This document shows positions 14,301 through 26,544 of a stretch of DNA of 64,000 bases, piece after piece. This DNA comes from Jimgerdemannia flammicorona (Eukaryota). The translations under genes and the position numbers were made by a program. The stretch covers positions 1-64,000 of the forward strand of contig RBNJ01000007.1 of the NCBI GenBank assembly GCA_003990765.1, given 5' to 3'. The first letter of the stretch is position 1, and each line of letters opens with the position of its first letter. The notes under the pieces are model-generated. The model was not told the DNA's origin, did not search any database, and saw only the letters and a program-made list of their open reading frames with translations.

Positions 14301-14700
14301 ACAACTACTCCTAGTATAGCAATATTATGAATAGCAAATAAACCTATTTAATAACTCACAAACCACTTTTAAGTAAATCCACTCCCCATTAGGTCCTATT
14401 CCTAACCTCATCATGAAATTTCCTAATTGGGTATTGTCTGCAGTGATACACTGATTCAACTAAGCTGGTCTTAGTTTTTTGAACTTCCTGAAATATGGAA
14501 AATCCTGAATATCCAGAACTAGTCTGAAAAAGGACTTTGGTTGAGACATCAATCCGATCTTGAAATCAATAAGCATAGAGGACATACTTCATATGAAATT
14601 GATCTTGATCTTAAGAAAACAGTCTTCCAGAATATCCAGAACTTCCAGAAAACCCTTCCAGAACTATGTAATGATTACTCTAATAAGTAACCCTCTTATA
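8311..14700 (+). mobile_element. Non-autonomous LTR retrotransposon, family A copy 2, inserted antisense into the LTR of element C
   Basis: LTRs 8311-9816 and 13210-14700. TSD CTATC at 8306-8310 and 14701-14705. PBS remnant at 9817-9830, PPT at 13196-13209. Internal region colinear with A1. Confidence 0.95.
9840..13180 (+). pseudogene. Decayed gag-dUTPase-protease polyprotein of A2
   Basis: Zinc knuckle at about 11720-11768; dUTPase AAGYDLYAA...at about 11845-12250; protease at about 12470-12790; chromodomain stub at about 13050-13140. Confidence 0.9.
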
Positions 14701-14739
14701 CTATCTATAGATTTAGATACTATCTGGGTAGTCTTCAAT

Positions 14740-15814
14740 GATATATATTACTATTGATGATATCATCTCTGATGAAGTAGTCATCTAGGAAAAGTGGTTC
14801 ATAGATTACTTCTCTCTGTTTGCTGAGATAATAATATATCAGGACTTCATTGCCATCCTACAGAATAGCATCATCTGTTTCATATGCTGGATAAGGAGTT
14901 GGTAGGTGAAAGAGAGGTACATTATCTTCACTTTCATCAGATTCACTATCTGCATATCTTCTATAAGTTATGGTACTATGAGTTACAGAGTTATAGTATG
15001 CTGGTGGTTGTGCTTTATATCACTTATATTCAGGTGATAGAGTTGTTGGTTCAATCTTGAGAGTTGTTTGAAGATATAGATTATATTCTCCAGTCTCTTC
15101 ATTATAGTTGAAGTAATCAGAGGTGAATGTAGGTAGATATTTATACTAGTGGTCATTATCTCAATAGGTCTCATAAGTGGTTATGAACTATTGTAAGTTT
15201 ATTAGTAAGGCTGGCAGAGTAATCAGGGTTGGCAGAGATCCTTGGCTTGAGGTCATGTCAGTATCAGAGGGATTATTATCTTCTGCTTCATTATCATCAA
15301 ACTGAATTATATTATAGACATCCTTCATGGCATATCTAACTTGAGGCATTTGTAGGATGTGATCATTGGAATGTAGGAAGATTCTATCTATAGTTTGAAT
15401 ATACTCAATATACTTATGGTTGAGTTCTTATACCATATTATTGATTTGGCCATAGAACAGGACAGTGACCATTTCAGTAGTAATAACTCAGAGGCAGGGA
15501 ATAAAGGTGCTGTACTCATAGAAGAGTTCTTAGTGTTTGCAGACAATAAGTTTCTAGTGTTGAGACATCTGAGTAATGTCTGTATTATAGTAGTATTTAA
15601 TCATATCTTCTAGGAGATGGCTGATCTGATAGTAGCTTGAGATTTGTCCAATTCAGTGGGCCTTGCTAAGTATGTTCAAGGCATTCTATTGGACTTTTAT
15701 GAAGTAGAGAGATACTAGGCTATAGATATTCATGAGGGATAGAGGGGGCATAGCTCGATTGATAATAATATTCCAAATGTCAGTGTGGATATAGTTATAG
15801 ATCTCAGTGGTCAT
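14740..15814 (-). pseudogene. About 350-codon ORF remnant inside the LTR (U3) of element C
   Basis: One reading frame from ATG 15814 (MTTEIYNYIHTDIW...YYQISHLL...ELFYEYSTFIPCL...), broken by stops that revert with one C>T/G>A change; acidic tail. Confidence 0.65.
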
Positions 15815-18800
15815 ATTTGTATATATGTTCAGGAGCTAGAGTTGTTTGTTTGGTTTGTTGTGGTTCTCTGTTTTGATACATCTAAGTACTCAGTATATAT
15901 ACATTCAGTCTTGATTGATAAGACTCTGTTTGTATAAATCTTGTATTCTGTGACTTCGAGTTAACTCAGCTTTATATACTGTAACTTTGGTTTGACTCAG
16001 CTTCATAATTATACAGATGATTTCCAGATTTTTTCAGAGATTTTATGTGATTTTGGTGGCTTGTTCAAAGGGTGATATGTGATTTCAGTAACTTGGAGGT
16101 TCTATGCTTACAACTCTCTCCTTCTTAGCTTTCAACATTCTCATCAGGGCCTTCTAGTTTTGTTCTAGTGTTTTTACACTATTTGGATGGTCAAAAGTCC
16201 AGTAACGTCCATTTTTTCAGAAAGTGGCATACTTATAGTATAGTTGTCTAATATATTGAATTCATATGTTAAAGGGTTATGTGTTTAATACCATATACCA
16301 GAAGTGATTCTGATGTCATTTACTGCTGGAGAATTTTCTCTAAGGAATCTTCTTAAATATCTATACCTTATTTCCCACCAGTGGTATGGGGAGAATAGAC
16401 TGGCTTTCAGTTTTGCTATTTTTCTAGAGTGTTGGTATTTCTTTGTCTTAACTTGCCGAGTTCTTAATTTTATTCATGATAATTATAAGAATACTTAATA
16501 TTCAGGAGGGGTAATATATAGTATATACTGATAGGTGCAGGAGTGTTCAGGTTTCAGTTGTTTAAAGAATCATATTCCTGAACTAAGTCAGTGGTATTCT
16601 AAAGATTGGTTTTAGGTTCCCATATTGTATCATGGATCAGATATCCTTTCCATTTGACAAGGTACTTAGGATGGTTCTTGTGACTATATTTGTTGAGGAT
16701 TTGTTCAACTTCATATTCTTCTTGGTCAATAATAATGACAGGTACAGGTGGTTCTGTGGTTTAGTTTAGAAATAACTCATCATCATTTTTATTGTATTGC
16801 TTGAGATATTAAACATTGAAGACCAGGTGAATCTTAATAGTATCTGATAGCACCAGTTTGTAGAAAGTTGGAGAAACTTGTGTAATAACTTTGAATGGTT
16901 CAATAAATTTACTGTTCAGCTTTGTAGATAGTCTATATTTGAGGTTATCAACCTGGTATCCTCAGATGTCCAGTAGAACTTTTTCTCCAATATCAAAGGT
17001 TTCTTCTCAGCAGTACTAATTGATATACTGTGACTGTTGTTCTTGAGCTTGTGATAAATTCTTGATAGCAATCTGGTTTAAGTTGTATATTCAGAGTAGG
17101 AATTTTTCAATGGCTTTGACTATGGAGAATTCATCAATAGTTCTGATAAGGATTAGAAGAGTATTTGGATTTTGTCCTATATTGGTGAAGAATGGGATCA
17201 TTCTAAGAGAGGCTTGCTTGCTGTTATTATAGGCAAACTCGACTATAGTGAGGTATTCATACCAATCATCTTGTCTGTAGGAAATATAGTTCCTTAGCAT
17301 TTATTTCAGAGTTCAGTTCATTCTTTCAGTTTGGCCATCAGTTTTGGAGTGAAAGGCTATGAATAGTGCAAGTTTTATTTCAAGGTGAGCATGGAGGGTT
17401 TTCCAAAAGTGGCTGGTAAATTTTGGGTCTCAATTACTAATAATAATTTTGGGAAGACCATGATAGTAGAAGATATTATCAAATAAGAGTGTAGTGATGT
17501 CTGGTGCTGTTGCAGTATAGCAGTTAGTACAAAGTGGGCTTATTTGCTAAGATAGTCTATGAAGACAATAATTGCATTTTTCTCATTCTTGGTTTGGGGT
17601 AGTTATACAATGAAGTCTATAGAGATTTGTTTCCAATTAGCAGATGATCCTATAGTCAGATATTTAGGATTTAACAAATACTATAAAGTTATTTTCCAAA
17701 ACTTCTATTAGCTCTATATAGCAGATTAGCTAAAGACCTATATTACTTCCTGTGATACCTGTTAATATAACAAGTTCTCAACACTAGCAAAACCTAGCCT
17801 ACTCCACCCCATCCTAGTTGGTCTATATATACAATCCAGTGAATGAGTCAATTTTGAAATTCTGCCAAAGAGTATGGCTAAATATTTTTGATTAAATAGA
17901 GTTATTAGTATAGAAATGGTTAGGCAATTAGATAAACATACCCACTATAGCTTGGATATTGATTTTATTTGTCTTTGTGTTCTTTTTGATTTTGTCAGAG
18001 TACTTGTCTTTTATGTGTTGATATATATTCAAAGTTAAACCACTAAGTATTTTGAACTTCTGGCTGTATAGTTTATGGAGATGGATGAAATAGTATTATA
18101 TATATATATATTAAACAAAGTATCAGTCATATCATAGATACATTTTTTTTTTTTTAATTTTTTATCTGTAATAGTTATAAATAACATCATCTCCTGTCTT
18201 AGTACAATATTGCCAGATTTTTGAGTGAGGATTGCATAGAAGGTATGAAACTATCAGAGATATTTAACTTAAAGTATCATTGGTACTGTGAACTGTTGAA
18301 GACTGATCTGTCAACAGATGTGTTTGTATGTTTGCATATGTGTTTTTTGCATATATATGTTTATACATATATATATGTATATATATTGTATATATATATA
18401 GATATATTCATATAGAGGATTTAGATTAGAGGATTCAGATTGGAGAATTTAGATTAGAGAATTCAGTTGAAGGATTCAGATGAGGATTCAGATTAAAGGA
18501 TTTAAATTGGAGGATTCAAATTAGATGATTCAGATTGAATGATTTGGATTGAGTGATTCAGATTAAATGATTCAGATTGAGTGATTTAGATTGAGTGGTT
18601 TGAATTAAGTAGTTCAGATGAGGTGATTTAGATTAATCCAAGTTGATTTGGATTGCTTTGGATTTGAGATTTGGATCAAACTATCATGTAATAAATCAAA
18701 TTCAGATTTAATTTAAATTGACTCATTTGAAGCACTATACCTTATACAGTATGCTAAATTGTGCCAAAAATGTATATATAGCTATACTGAGAGCACTACT

Positions 18801-20199
18801 AAGCTGGTCTGCTGTTCATTTCAGCAATCTGCTCAAAGAATCTCAGATCATAGCTGCTATTGCTATATAGACTGTATCATACTTACATATAGCTTATTTT
18901 TTGACAATACTTCTAAAGTTCTAATAAGGGTACAGAATCCTGTGCATCTTTGGAAATTTAATAAGAATAGGTTAATAAAGAAAATCTTGAAAAAAAGGAG
19001 ACAAATGTAGAGGATTTTGAAAAAAAAACTTTGAGAAATCCACTCTTTGCCAATGTTATAGTATATCTAATTCTTATCCAAACTTCTCCTCTCTACTTTT
19101 TACTTGGTAATGATTTATATGTTATCAAAAGTTAGACAATAGTATCTTTTATTCTCTATGGTAGTCTATTCATATATCATCTTGGGCAGTTCATATATAA
19201 TGTTTTTAATTCTCCATAGTAGTTTATTTATATATTATCTAGAGTAGTTCATATATATATAATATCTTTTAATTCTCTATAGTAGTCTATCTATACAGCT
19301 AGTACTTCAAACAAGTCAGAGAAATTCAAACTTGATTTGAATTTGTCAGTCATATAATTGATTCAAGTTGATTTGAATTCATCTTGTGACAAATTCAAAT
19401 TAATCTGAATTCATCCTGTAATAAATTCAAATTGATCTGAATTTTTCATGTGAGGAATTTGACAGTCATATCAGTCTGATATTGGTTTATATTAGCTCAA
19501 GCAGAACTGCTGGTTGCTAAAATTAATATAAACAATAAATTGAGTCAAACTTGAACCTCTTAGGTTGAAGGGTAGCCTGAATTGACTAGTATGAATTTGC
19601 TGGAATTTTCCAATTTTTTAATAAAAAAAATCTCCCCGTCTCTCTGAACAGTAATACATAAAACTACTAGAGAATATACAAACCTCCCAAAGATACAAAA
19701 AGCTGCTATACTAGATATACAAAATATCTATGAATTTTTTCACTCCTCCTTCAAGTTTCCAAAAAATTTATTATAACAACATACAGTCTCCAAAGTTCTA
19801 TAATAGATACTCAATAATAGACTATTTAAAACTTCCTCATCTCTTATAACTGTAGAACTATATAGTTGATCTGAATGAAATATTATTATTATGTTGGACT
19901 CCAGAGAAACTCCAACACTATAAGCCAAATTGTAAAATAGACCCCCAGATTTTAGAGTATATAGTCTCTTACACTTGACCATATAAAGTAAAACAGATGT
20001 CATATCTTGATCAGTATGGGTAGGAGAACTGATATACTATCCAAAGAATATATTACTAATATTTGCCATATTCTGCTCAAACTAGAATTTTCTAAGTTAA
20101 AAACATACTCTAGATTGACCTTGATTCATTTGATTTCTATCTATTCCAGGTAATTCCAGAGTATTAGCTAGGAACATCATATTAGTAGAGGATATCATA

Positions 20200-20330
20200 T
20201 TGATAGAGAATGCTGAGGTTGAGAATGTTAAGATTGAGGATACCAAAGTTGAGGATGCCAAAGTTGAAGATGCCAAAGTTGAGAATATCAAAGTTGAGAA
20301 TACCAAAGTCAAGGATAAGGATATCACAAT
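20200..20330. repeat. 15-bp tandem repeat GAGGATGCCAAAGTT (about 7-8 copies)
   Basis: Visible directly; in frame in the cargo ORF as STLAS repeats. Confidence 0.85.
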
Positions 20331-20559
20331 GCTTTCAGAAATAGTATCTAGAGATAGACAGTAAGGGATATTAAACTGATCAAAAATTATACAAAGTTGA
20401 GAAATTTGATACCACATTTGGTAGGTAGTGAAGAGAAGTAAAGTAAGCTCTATAATTACTATTTCATATTCCTCTTATTTATCTTATCTAATTTTTAGTT
20501 TGAAATTATTGAGAGATATAATACAGCAATATATTCTACTAGTGTAAGTCAATGTATAG

Positions 20560-22596
20560 TATCACATAGTGGTTGCTGAGTCCTTCAAATATATCAGATT
20601 CTCTCCAAGGTATATCTCTTAGACTAACTACAAGTTTGTTATAAGCAAGATCTTATTGGAGTGCCTTTCCAAGATCTTATAGTCCTCAAATGTCTTATCT
20701 TTAAACTGTCTTGTTATCTTTAGATTATTTGCATAAAATTGAGGATAAGTGAACTAGAACTGAGAGAACTATATTATACATATTGTCATATGGTAGATAC
20801 TGAGTCCTTCAAATATATCAGATTCTCTCCAAGGTGTATCTCTTAGACTAACTACAAGTTTGTTATAAGCAAGTTCTTATTGAAGTGCCTTCCCAAGGTC
20901 TTATAGTTCTCAAAATTCTTATCTTTAAACTGTCTTATTATCTCTTAGATTGCTTATATAGAATTGAGTGTAAATGAACTGGAACTGAGGGGACTATATT
21001 ATATATATTGTCATATAATAGACACTGAGTCCTTCAAATACATCAGATTCTCTTCAAGGTATATCTCTTAGACTAACTACAAGTTTATTATAAGCAAGTT
21101 CTTATTAGAGTACCTTTCTAAGGTCTTATAGTTCTCAAACTTCTTATCTTTAAACTATCTTGTTATCTCTTATATTGCTTGTGTAGAATTGAGTATAAGT
21201 GAACTAGAACTGACTTTATTTCAAAGGAAATAAGAGGGGTATTTATATAAAATATAATTTGATAGTTACTAAGTTATAAAGCTAAATATAAATTTCAATA
21301 ATCAAATAAAATACTAAAACACAAAAAACTATAGTTGTCTGAATAAATGGTTATACAAGTTTAGGATGTCAGTAGAATTTCAGTGGTACAGAAAAAGGAT
21401 ACCAGAAGAATTTTGAGTTATACAAGATCAGAATGCCAGAAAAATGACAGTTATACAAGAAAAGAATACTGGTAGAATCTGGTGTTACTAAGAACTTAGA
21501 GCAGAAAGTTCAGGACTATGGGGGCTTCATCTTCATTACTATCAAGGCCAGAGGTCAGAGACAGGATGTCTTCAAAGGAGATGAGGTCCATGAATATTTC
21601 ATCCATCTCATCATATAGATTGTATGTTTTGTATATATCATATGAGATAACATCATTGCTGATGATATCATCATGTTTAGTGGCAGAAAGAACAAGGAGG
21701 TCCAGGGCTCTCTAATCTATAACATTCTCTTCTACAAAATTAGAAACAAATATGGGGTCTTGGGGAGGTCTAATCTGGATGCTAGGGCCTTAGAATACTA
21801 AGATCAATTGTTGCAGGAATTGATCAGAATTGTCCTTGAGGATAGGGTTCCAGAACTCTTCTATCCTATCACTGTTGAGAGTAATAGTAGACTGGGCTTC
21901 TGTAGCCACAATAACCTCTAGTACATTGGTATGGTGGGCTGATAGTTCCTTGAAGTCTGAGATCTTAGTGTACTCCAAGTTGGAAATCAACCATGATGCA
22001 TGTCTGAAGACTTGGTAAATCTTCTTTGCTTTCCTTATTTCATATATATCTATAGAGTGGCATCTTGTATTTCTTGGTGACTGGCCTGAGGGAATTCCTA
22101 GCAGAGGAGATTTCCTATTTCATACTCCTGCCATATCCAGAGGTATTCAGTAGTGATAGTGATCTTTGTTTCCATTTCATAGCAGTAGAGAATATAATAA
22201 TAGGGGTCACCAGTACCCAGGTTGATGCTAGGAGTCCTTCTTATATGAGTCCTCATAGCTCTTCTGATGTCTTGGAACATCCTATCTTGGACTAAGGGGC
22301 CTTGGTGGTTCCTGAACCTTGAGGTTTAGTGAGCAGCAGGTATTTTATTTGTAGTAAGTCTTTAGAACTATTTCTGTAAGCTTTGTTTAGATTGCTGCTA
22401 CTGTGGTTTCTTAATTCTTCTTTTATATTCCTCGAGATGTCTATCTTGTAGTCACAATGACTCACAGTTGGTCATCATTACTCATCTTATAGCCTGAATG
22501 AGTCATATCATATAATCTTCCTATGCTCTGATCTGGTGGCTTATAAGAAAAGACTGTCTCCTGTGCTGATGTCATTATTTTGAGGTTATCATTACA
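20560..22596 (-). mobile_element. Solo LTR of family B with triplicated terminal (U5) unit
   Basis: Reverse complement of LTR 38431-39997. TSD ATAG at 20556-20559 and 22597-22600. Units of about 224 bp start at 20560, 20784 and 21009. Confidence 0.92.
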
Positions 22597-23529
22597 ATAG
22601 CCAGCTGATATATAAGACCCAGTTCTTGCTTAAGCCTTGTCATATAATCCAGCTTATCAAACTTTGAATACTTCCTCACAAATATCTATTAAGACCTGAC
22701 TTGTCTGATCTCTTAATATTCTCCTCTAAATTACTAAAACAACTTCCTTAGTATCAGCATCTAGGACAATATAATTGTGATTTGAATCCAGAATATTAGC
22801 TGGCAAATCAGAGGACTTCAAAAATATCATAGTTTGAAAGAGACCTGATGGGATATTGATGCTCAACTTTCTCAGAATCCTGTATGTAGAGTATGGTAGT
22901 TTGTTCTGCTGTGAGATCAAGTCTTGAAATTCTCAATATTTTGAAATCTATTAAACTTAGAATCTAAAACAGAGTTTGAATAAATTTAGCTTTAAGATCC
23001 TGTTAATTTTGCCAGTATTACTGCTGTAGATTCAAAAAATCCATCAATTGTACTTTATACTAGTTCTTCTTAGCTTTCTGGAAAATTAAATAAAAATAGA
23101 ATAATCTTATCAACAACTTACAATTAATGGACATGCCCAGCTCTCCCTGAAATCATACCTAGAAATTACCTAATCTTACCTTGATAGTTAGAAGATATTG
23201 AAAAATTCAGTTATATATCTTCAGACCCATTAAGAGAGAGCTCTCAGGAAAGTAGAAATACCACAGCTCAGATAATCTCTCATGATAAGGGCTCTGGAAT
23301 ATCTCCTGAAGTATATCAATCCTATACTTCATATTGATAACATAAATCAGGCAGCCTAAAAACTTTTCCAAGATATTGTATTTCAGCAGTTTTCTAAAAT
23401 CTAGTCTAAAAGTAGCCCTATTAGGTGAAAGAGTAGTGGGCATTGACAGAACAGCCTCCAACTCCAGCCTTGAAGTAGTCAGGAATTCACTCAGATCAAA
23501 GTCAATAGGGATGAAATCATCTTTTATTC

Positions 23530-23735
23530 TGGGAAACTAGTAGGTGGAAAACTGGCAGGTAAGAAACTAGTAGGCAAGAAACCAGTAGGTAAGAAACCAG
23601 TAGGTGAGAAATCAGCAGATGAGAAACTGATAGGCAAGAAACTGATAGGCAAGAAACTGATAGGTGAGAAATCAGCAGGTAAGAAACTAGTAGGCAAGAA
23701 ACTAGTAGGTGAGAAACTGACAAATGAGAAACTGG
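23530..23735. repeat. 15-bp tandem repeat (GGYRAGAAACYRGYA, about 14 copies)
   Basis: Visible directly; variants are nearly all transitions. Confidence 0.9.
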
Positions 23736-23787
23736 TAAGACAGGAGTATGGTCAATTATGGTAAAAAAAATAAAGAAACTGCCTAAA

Positions 23788-24110
23788 ACAGGATATCAGA
23801 GACTGACCACAAGAGATCCTCCTTGGGAGAGAGAGTACTCTATCAGTATAGATTAGGAGACACCCCCCCAACCAGCCTTCTCTGGGGCTGATAGTCTGAG
23901 ATAGGATGATAGAGACTAGCTGCAAGAGGTTCTCCTCAAGAGAGAGAGTACTTTATCAGTATAGATCAGAAGACACCCCTCTGACTGGCCTCTACTAAAG
24001 CTGACACCATCCAGAATAAGATACCAGAGACTGGCCATGAGAGATTCTCCTTGAGTGAGAGAGTACATTATCAGTATAGATCATAGGACACCTCTATAAT
24101 TAGCCTCCAA
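23788..24110. repeat. About 115-bp unit, 3 tandem copies
   Basis: GAGAGAGTAC.YTATCAGTATAGAT recurs at about 23830, 23943 and 24058. Confidence 0.85.
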
Positions 24111-24299
24111 GTCACCCCTGCCCCCTACTCTTATGAGTGAGCCACTATTATAGCTGAGTCACTACCATAGTAGAAAGCAAGTACACAATACAGAATAAAT
24201 ATCACACACCTGGAATAAGCATCAAGATGTACCCAGGAATAAAGAAAAGAGTAGCAAGATAGTGTGTCTAGATAATATACTGATGTGAGTAGTGAGATG

Positions 24300-24835
24300 C
24301 AATTAGTGGTAAGAACAGGGTGGTGAGAATGAGGTGGTAAAAATGAGATAGTGAGAATGGAGTGGTAAGAATGAGGTGGTGAGATGGGTTGGTGAGACAG
24401 CAAGCCAGAATACTAAAATGGATAGTGAGATGAGGTGAGACAGAGTGATAAAGTAGAGTGAGACAGAGTGAGGAGATGAGGTAGAGTGAAAAGATAAGGC
24501 AGAGTGAGGGGATGAGACAGAGTGAGAGAATGAGGCAGAGTGGGGAGATATGTAAGACAAAGTGGGGGGATGAGGCAGAGTGGGGGGATGAGGCAGAGTG
24601 AGAAGATGAGGTAGAGTAACAAAAGAGTGAGAGAATAAGATAGAGTGAGAGGATGAGACAGAGTGAGAGGATGAGGTAGAGTGAGAGGATGAGGCAGAGT
24701 GAGAGGATGAGGCAGAGTGAGAGAATGAGGCAGAGTGAGGGGATGAGGTAGAGTGAGGGGATAAGGCAGAGTGAGGGGACAAGGTAGAGTAAGAGAAATG
24801 AGATGAAGTAAGAGAAATGAGACAGAGCAAGGTAT
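24300..24835. repeat. Purine-rich 18-bp minisatellite (GAGGCAGAGTGAGRGGAT)
   Basis: Visible directly. Confidence 0.9.
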
Positions 24836-25149
24836 GATAAAAATGAGCCTCAAAAAAAGCAGATATCTATACTGCAAACTGGTATGAACTGGCTGACATG
24901 AACCAATATAAACCAACCTGAACTAACCTGAGGTGATTTGGAGTTTTTTTCAAGCTGTGAGATTCAGAGCTTTTTTTATATTATAAAATTTAGAGCTTTT
25001 TTTGAGCTGCAAGATTCAGAGGTTTTTTGAGCTGCTTTCAGTAGAGAGAAATAGACAGCAGATTTGTTGGAGCCTTTTTTAAAGTAGTAAGAAATAAGAC
25101 AAGCTATCTTAAAAAGATTTCTTTAAGTACCTGATAAGATTTTACAGAA

Positions 25150-25472
25150 GTAAGAATAAGTGAGCATAAATGAGAGAGTGTGAACAAGAGAGAGAGTACA
25201 AACAAGAAAACACAAATAAGGAAGCATAAATGAGGAAATATGAATAAGAGAGTGTGAATAAGAAAGTGCAAATAAGGAAGTATAAATGAGAGAGTACAAA
25301 TAGAGGAATACAAATAGAGAAATATAAATAGGAGAGTATAAATAAGAGAGTATGAACAAGAGAGTATAAATAAAAGAGTATAAACAAGAGAGTATGAATA
25401 AGAGAGTATAAATAAGAGAGCATGAACAAAGGAGCACAAACAAGAGAGTATAAATAAGAGAGTGTGAACAAG
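25150..25472. repeat. Purine-rich 15-bp minisatellite (AAATAAGAGAGTRTR)
   Basis: Visible directly. Confidence 0.9.
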
Positions 25473-26544
25473 GGGGAGGGGGGTGGTGGAAAAAAAAAAG
25501 CAATACTGTACTGCAATAGCTAGACCAGGTATGTGATTGCCAAATGGGTCAATATTGCTAGATATATATTCTCACAATTGTCTGGCAGACAGATATACCT
25601 CTGTAATTACTTTTGCAATTGCTGTCAGGCTGCAGTAAAAATCTGGGACTTTTAACTAGTTATGTAAAAATAATCATTTATTTCCTGTTAATTCTCCAGC
25701 AAAACTTCTTATTCAAATTGCTGCTTAGCTATCTATAAAGGCTATTGAATTCAGCTCCTTCACATCAATATTACTCTAAACTCTACCAAATGCTTATAAC
25801 TTTATATATGATTAAAAATATTTTTTCACTAAACCTTAGGATAGAGATATAGTAAATACCAAAACTAGTTTTATAAGCTATATTCTGTGAGATAGCTCAG
25901 ATAATACTAGATTATCCTAACTAGGCAGAATTTAGAAATATCACCACTATTACTACTATCACTACTGTTACCACCTCATCACAGATATCATACAATCTAC
26001 ACTAATCTCAGCTATTCTTCTTTTTGATAATTTCAAATTATTTGAGCTATCAATTTAAGTCTTTTTTAATTACTATGAAATTACAACCTCTATTCTTCAT
26101 TTTCTTACTGAATTTCAAAGTTTTTCTTTGATATATATTATCATTATTCTATACTCCTATATTACTAAGAAAGAGTAATTTTAGTAACTGATAAATTCTC
26201 TAATCTTCTTAGTAAACTAAGCTCAAGATATATTTATTTCAGTACTAACTTACCAACTTCTTCAAATGATCCTCTACTAGATGCTATATAGTGAAATGGT
26301 GACCTCAGAATGATGACATCAGCATAAGAGACAGCCTTTCCTTGCAAGCTACCAGATTGGAATACAAGAAGATTATATGGCATGACTCAGGCTATGAGAT
26401 GAGTAATAATGACCAACTGTAAGTCATTGTGATCACAGTTCAGGCATCTTGAGGAATATAAAAGAAGGATCAAGGAACAGCAGTAGCAGTAACTCAATAA
26501 GACCCACCAATTCCAAAATAGCTCAAAGACTTACCACAAATGAA

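Larger units (their letters stand above)
7639..17820 (-). mobile_element. Truncated chromovirus (element C): 3' LTR 7639-8310 + 14706-16112 (about 2.08 kb, split by A2), integrase + chromodomain 16590-17820
   Basis: TGTAAG at 7639 and CTTACA at 16112, followed by the same PPT/3' UTR as family A. Integrase core motifs WKQISIDFIV, DPKFTSHFW, DGQTERMN. Chromodomain EEYEVEQIL...KYLVKWKGY..HDTIWEP at about 16612-16722. No 5' LTR or matching TSD seen. Confidence 0.88.
422..18737 (-). mobile_element. hAT DNA transposon copy 1, decayed and split (about 422-902, 7280-7638, 17820-18737); left end not identified
   Basis: ORF 422-652 reads MARDYLAIPATSTPV..VF..K.LI..KR.SLK.ETI, the hAT C-terminal dimerisation motif. 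The pieces are colinear with hAT copy 2 (40002-43036). Right end has GATTCAGATT subterminal repeats (18415-18720) and a TIR (reverse complement TAGTGCTTCAAATGAG) ending at 18737. About 1.3 kb is missing relative to copy 2. Confidence 0.85.
19740..23461 (-). pseudogene. Decayed 2OG-Fe(II) dioxygenase, TET/JBP-like (split by solo LTR 20560-22596)
   Basis: Read-through gives YIVLDADTKEVVLVI...RTGSYISAGY (continuous across the removed LTR)...PTHTDQD (HxD at 20018-20010)...GGLFYNLAYSVGVSLESNIIIIFHSDQL[YS]ST. TAT AGT there reverts by two transitions to CAT GGT (HGST). 5' boundary uncertain. Confidence 0.6.

Noticed and set aside
23788-24110. Regularly spaced repeats as a CRISPR array
   Set aside because: The intervening sequences are similar to each other, there are no cas genes, and the context is eukaryotic.
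24131-25516. Long ORFs rich in PHS/LTLPH and YTLLF repeats
   Set aside because: They are open in several frames because they are translations of minisatellites; no independent coding evidence.
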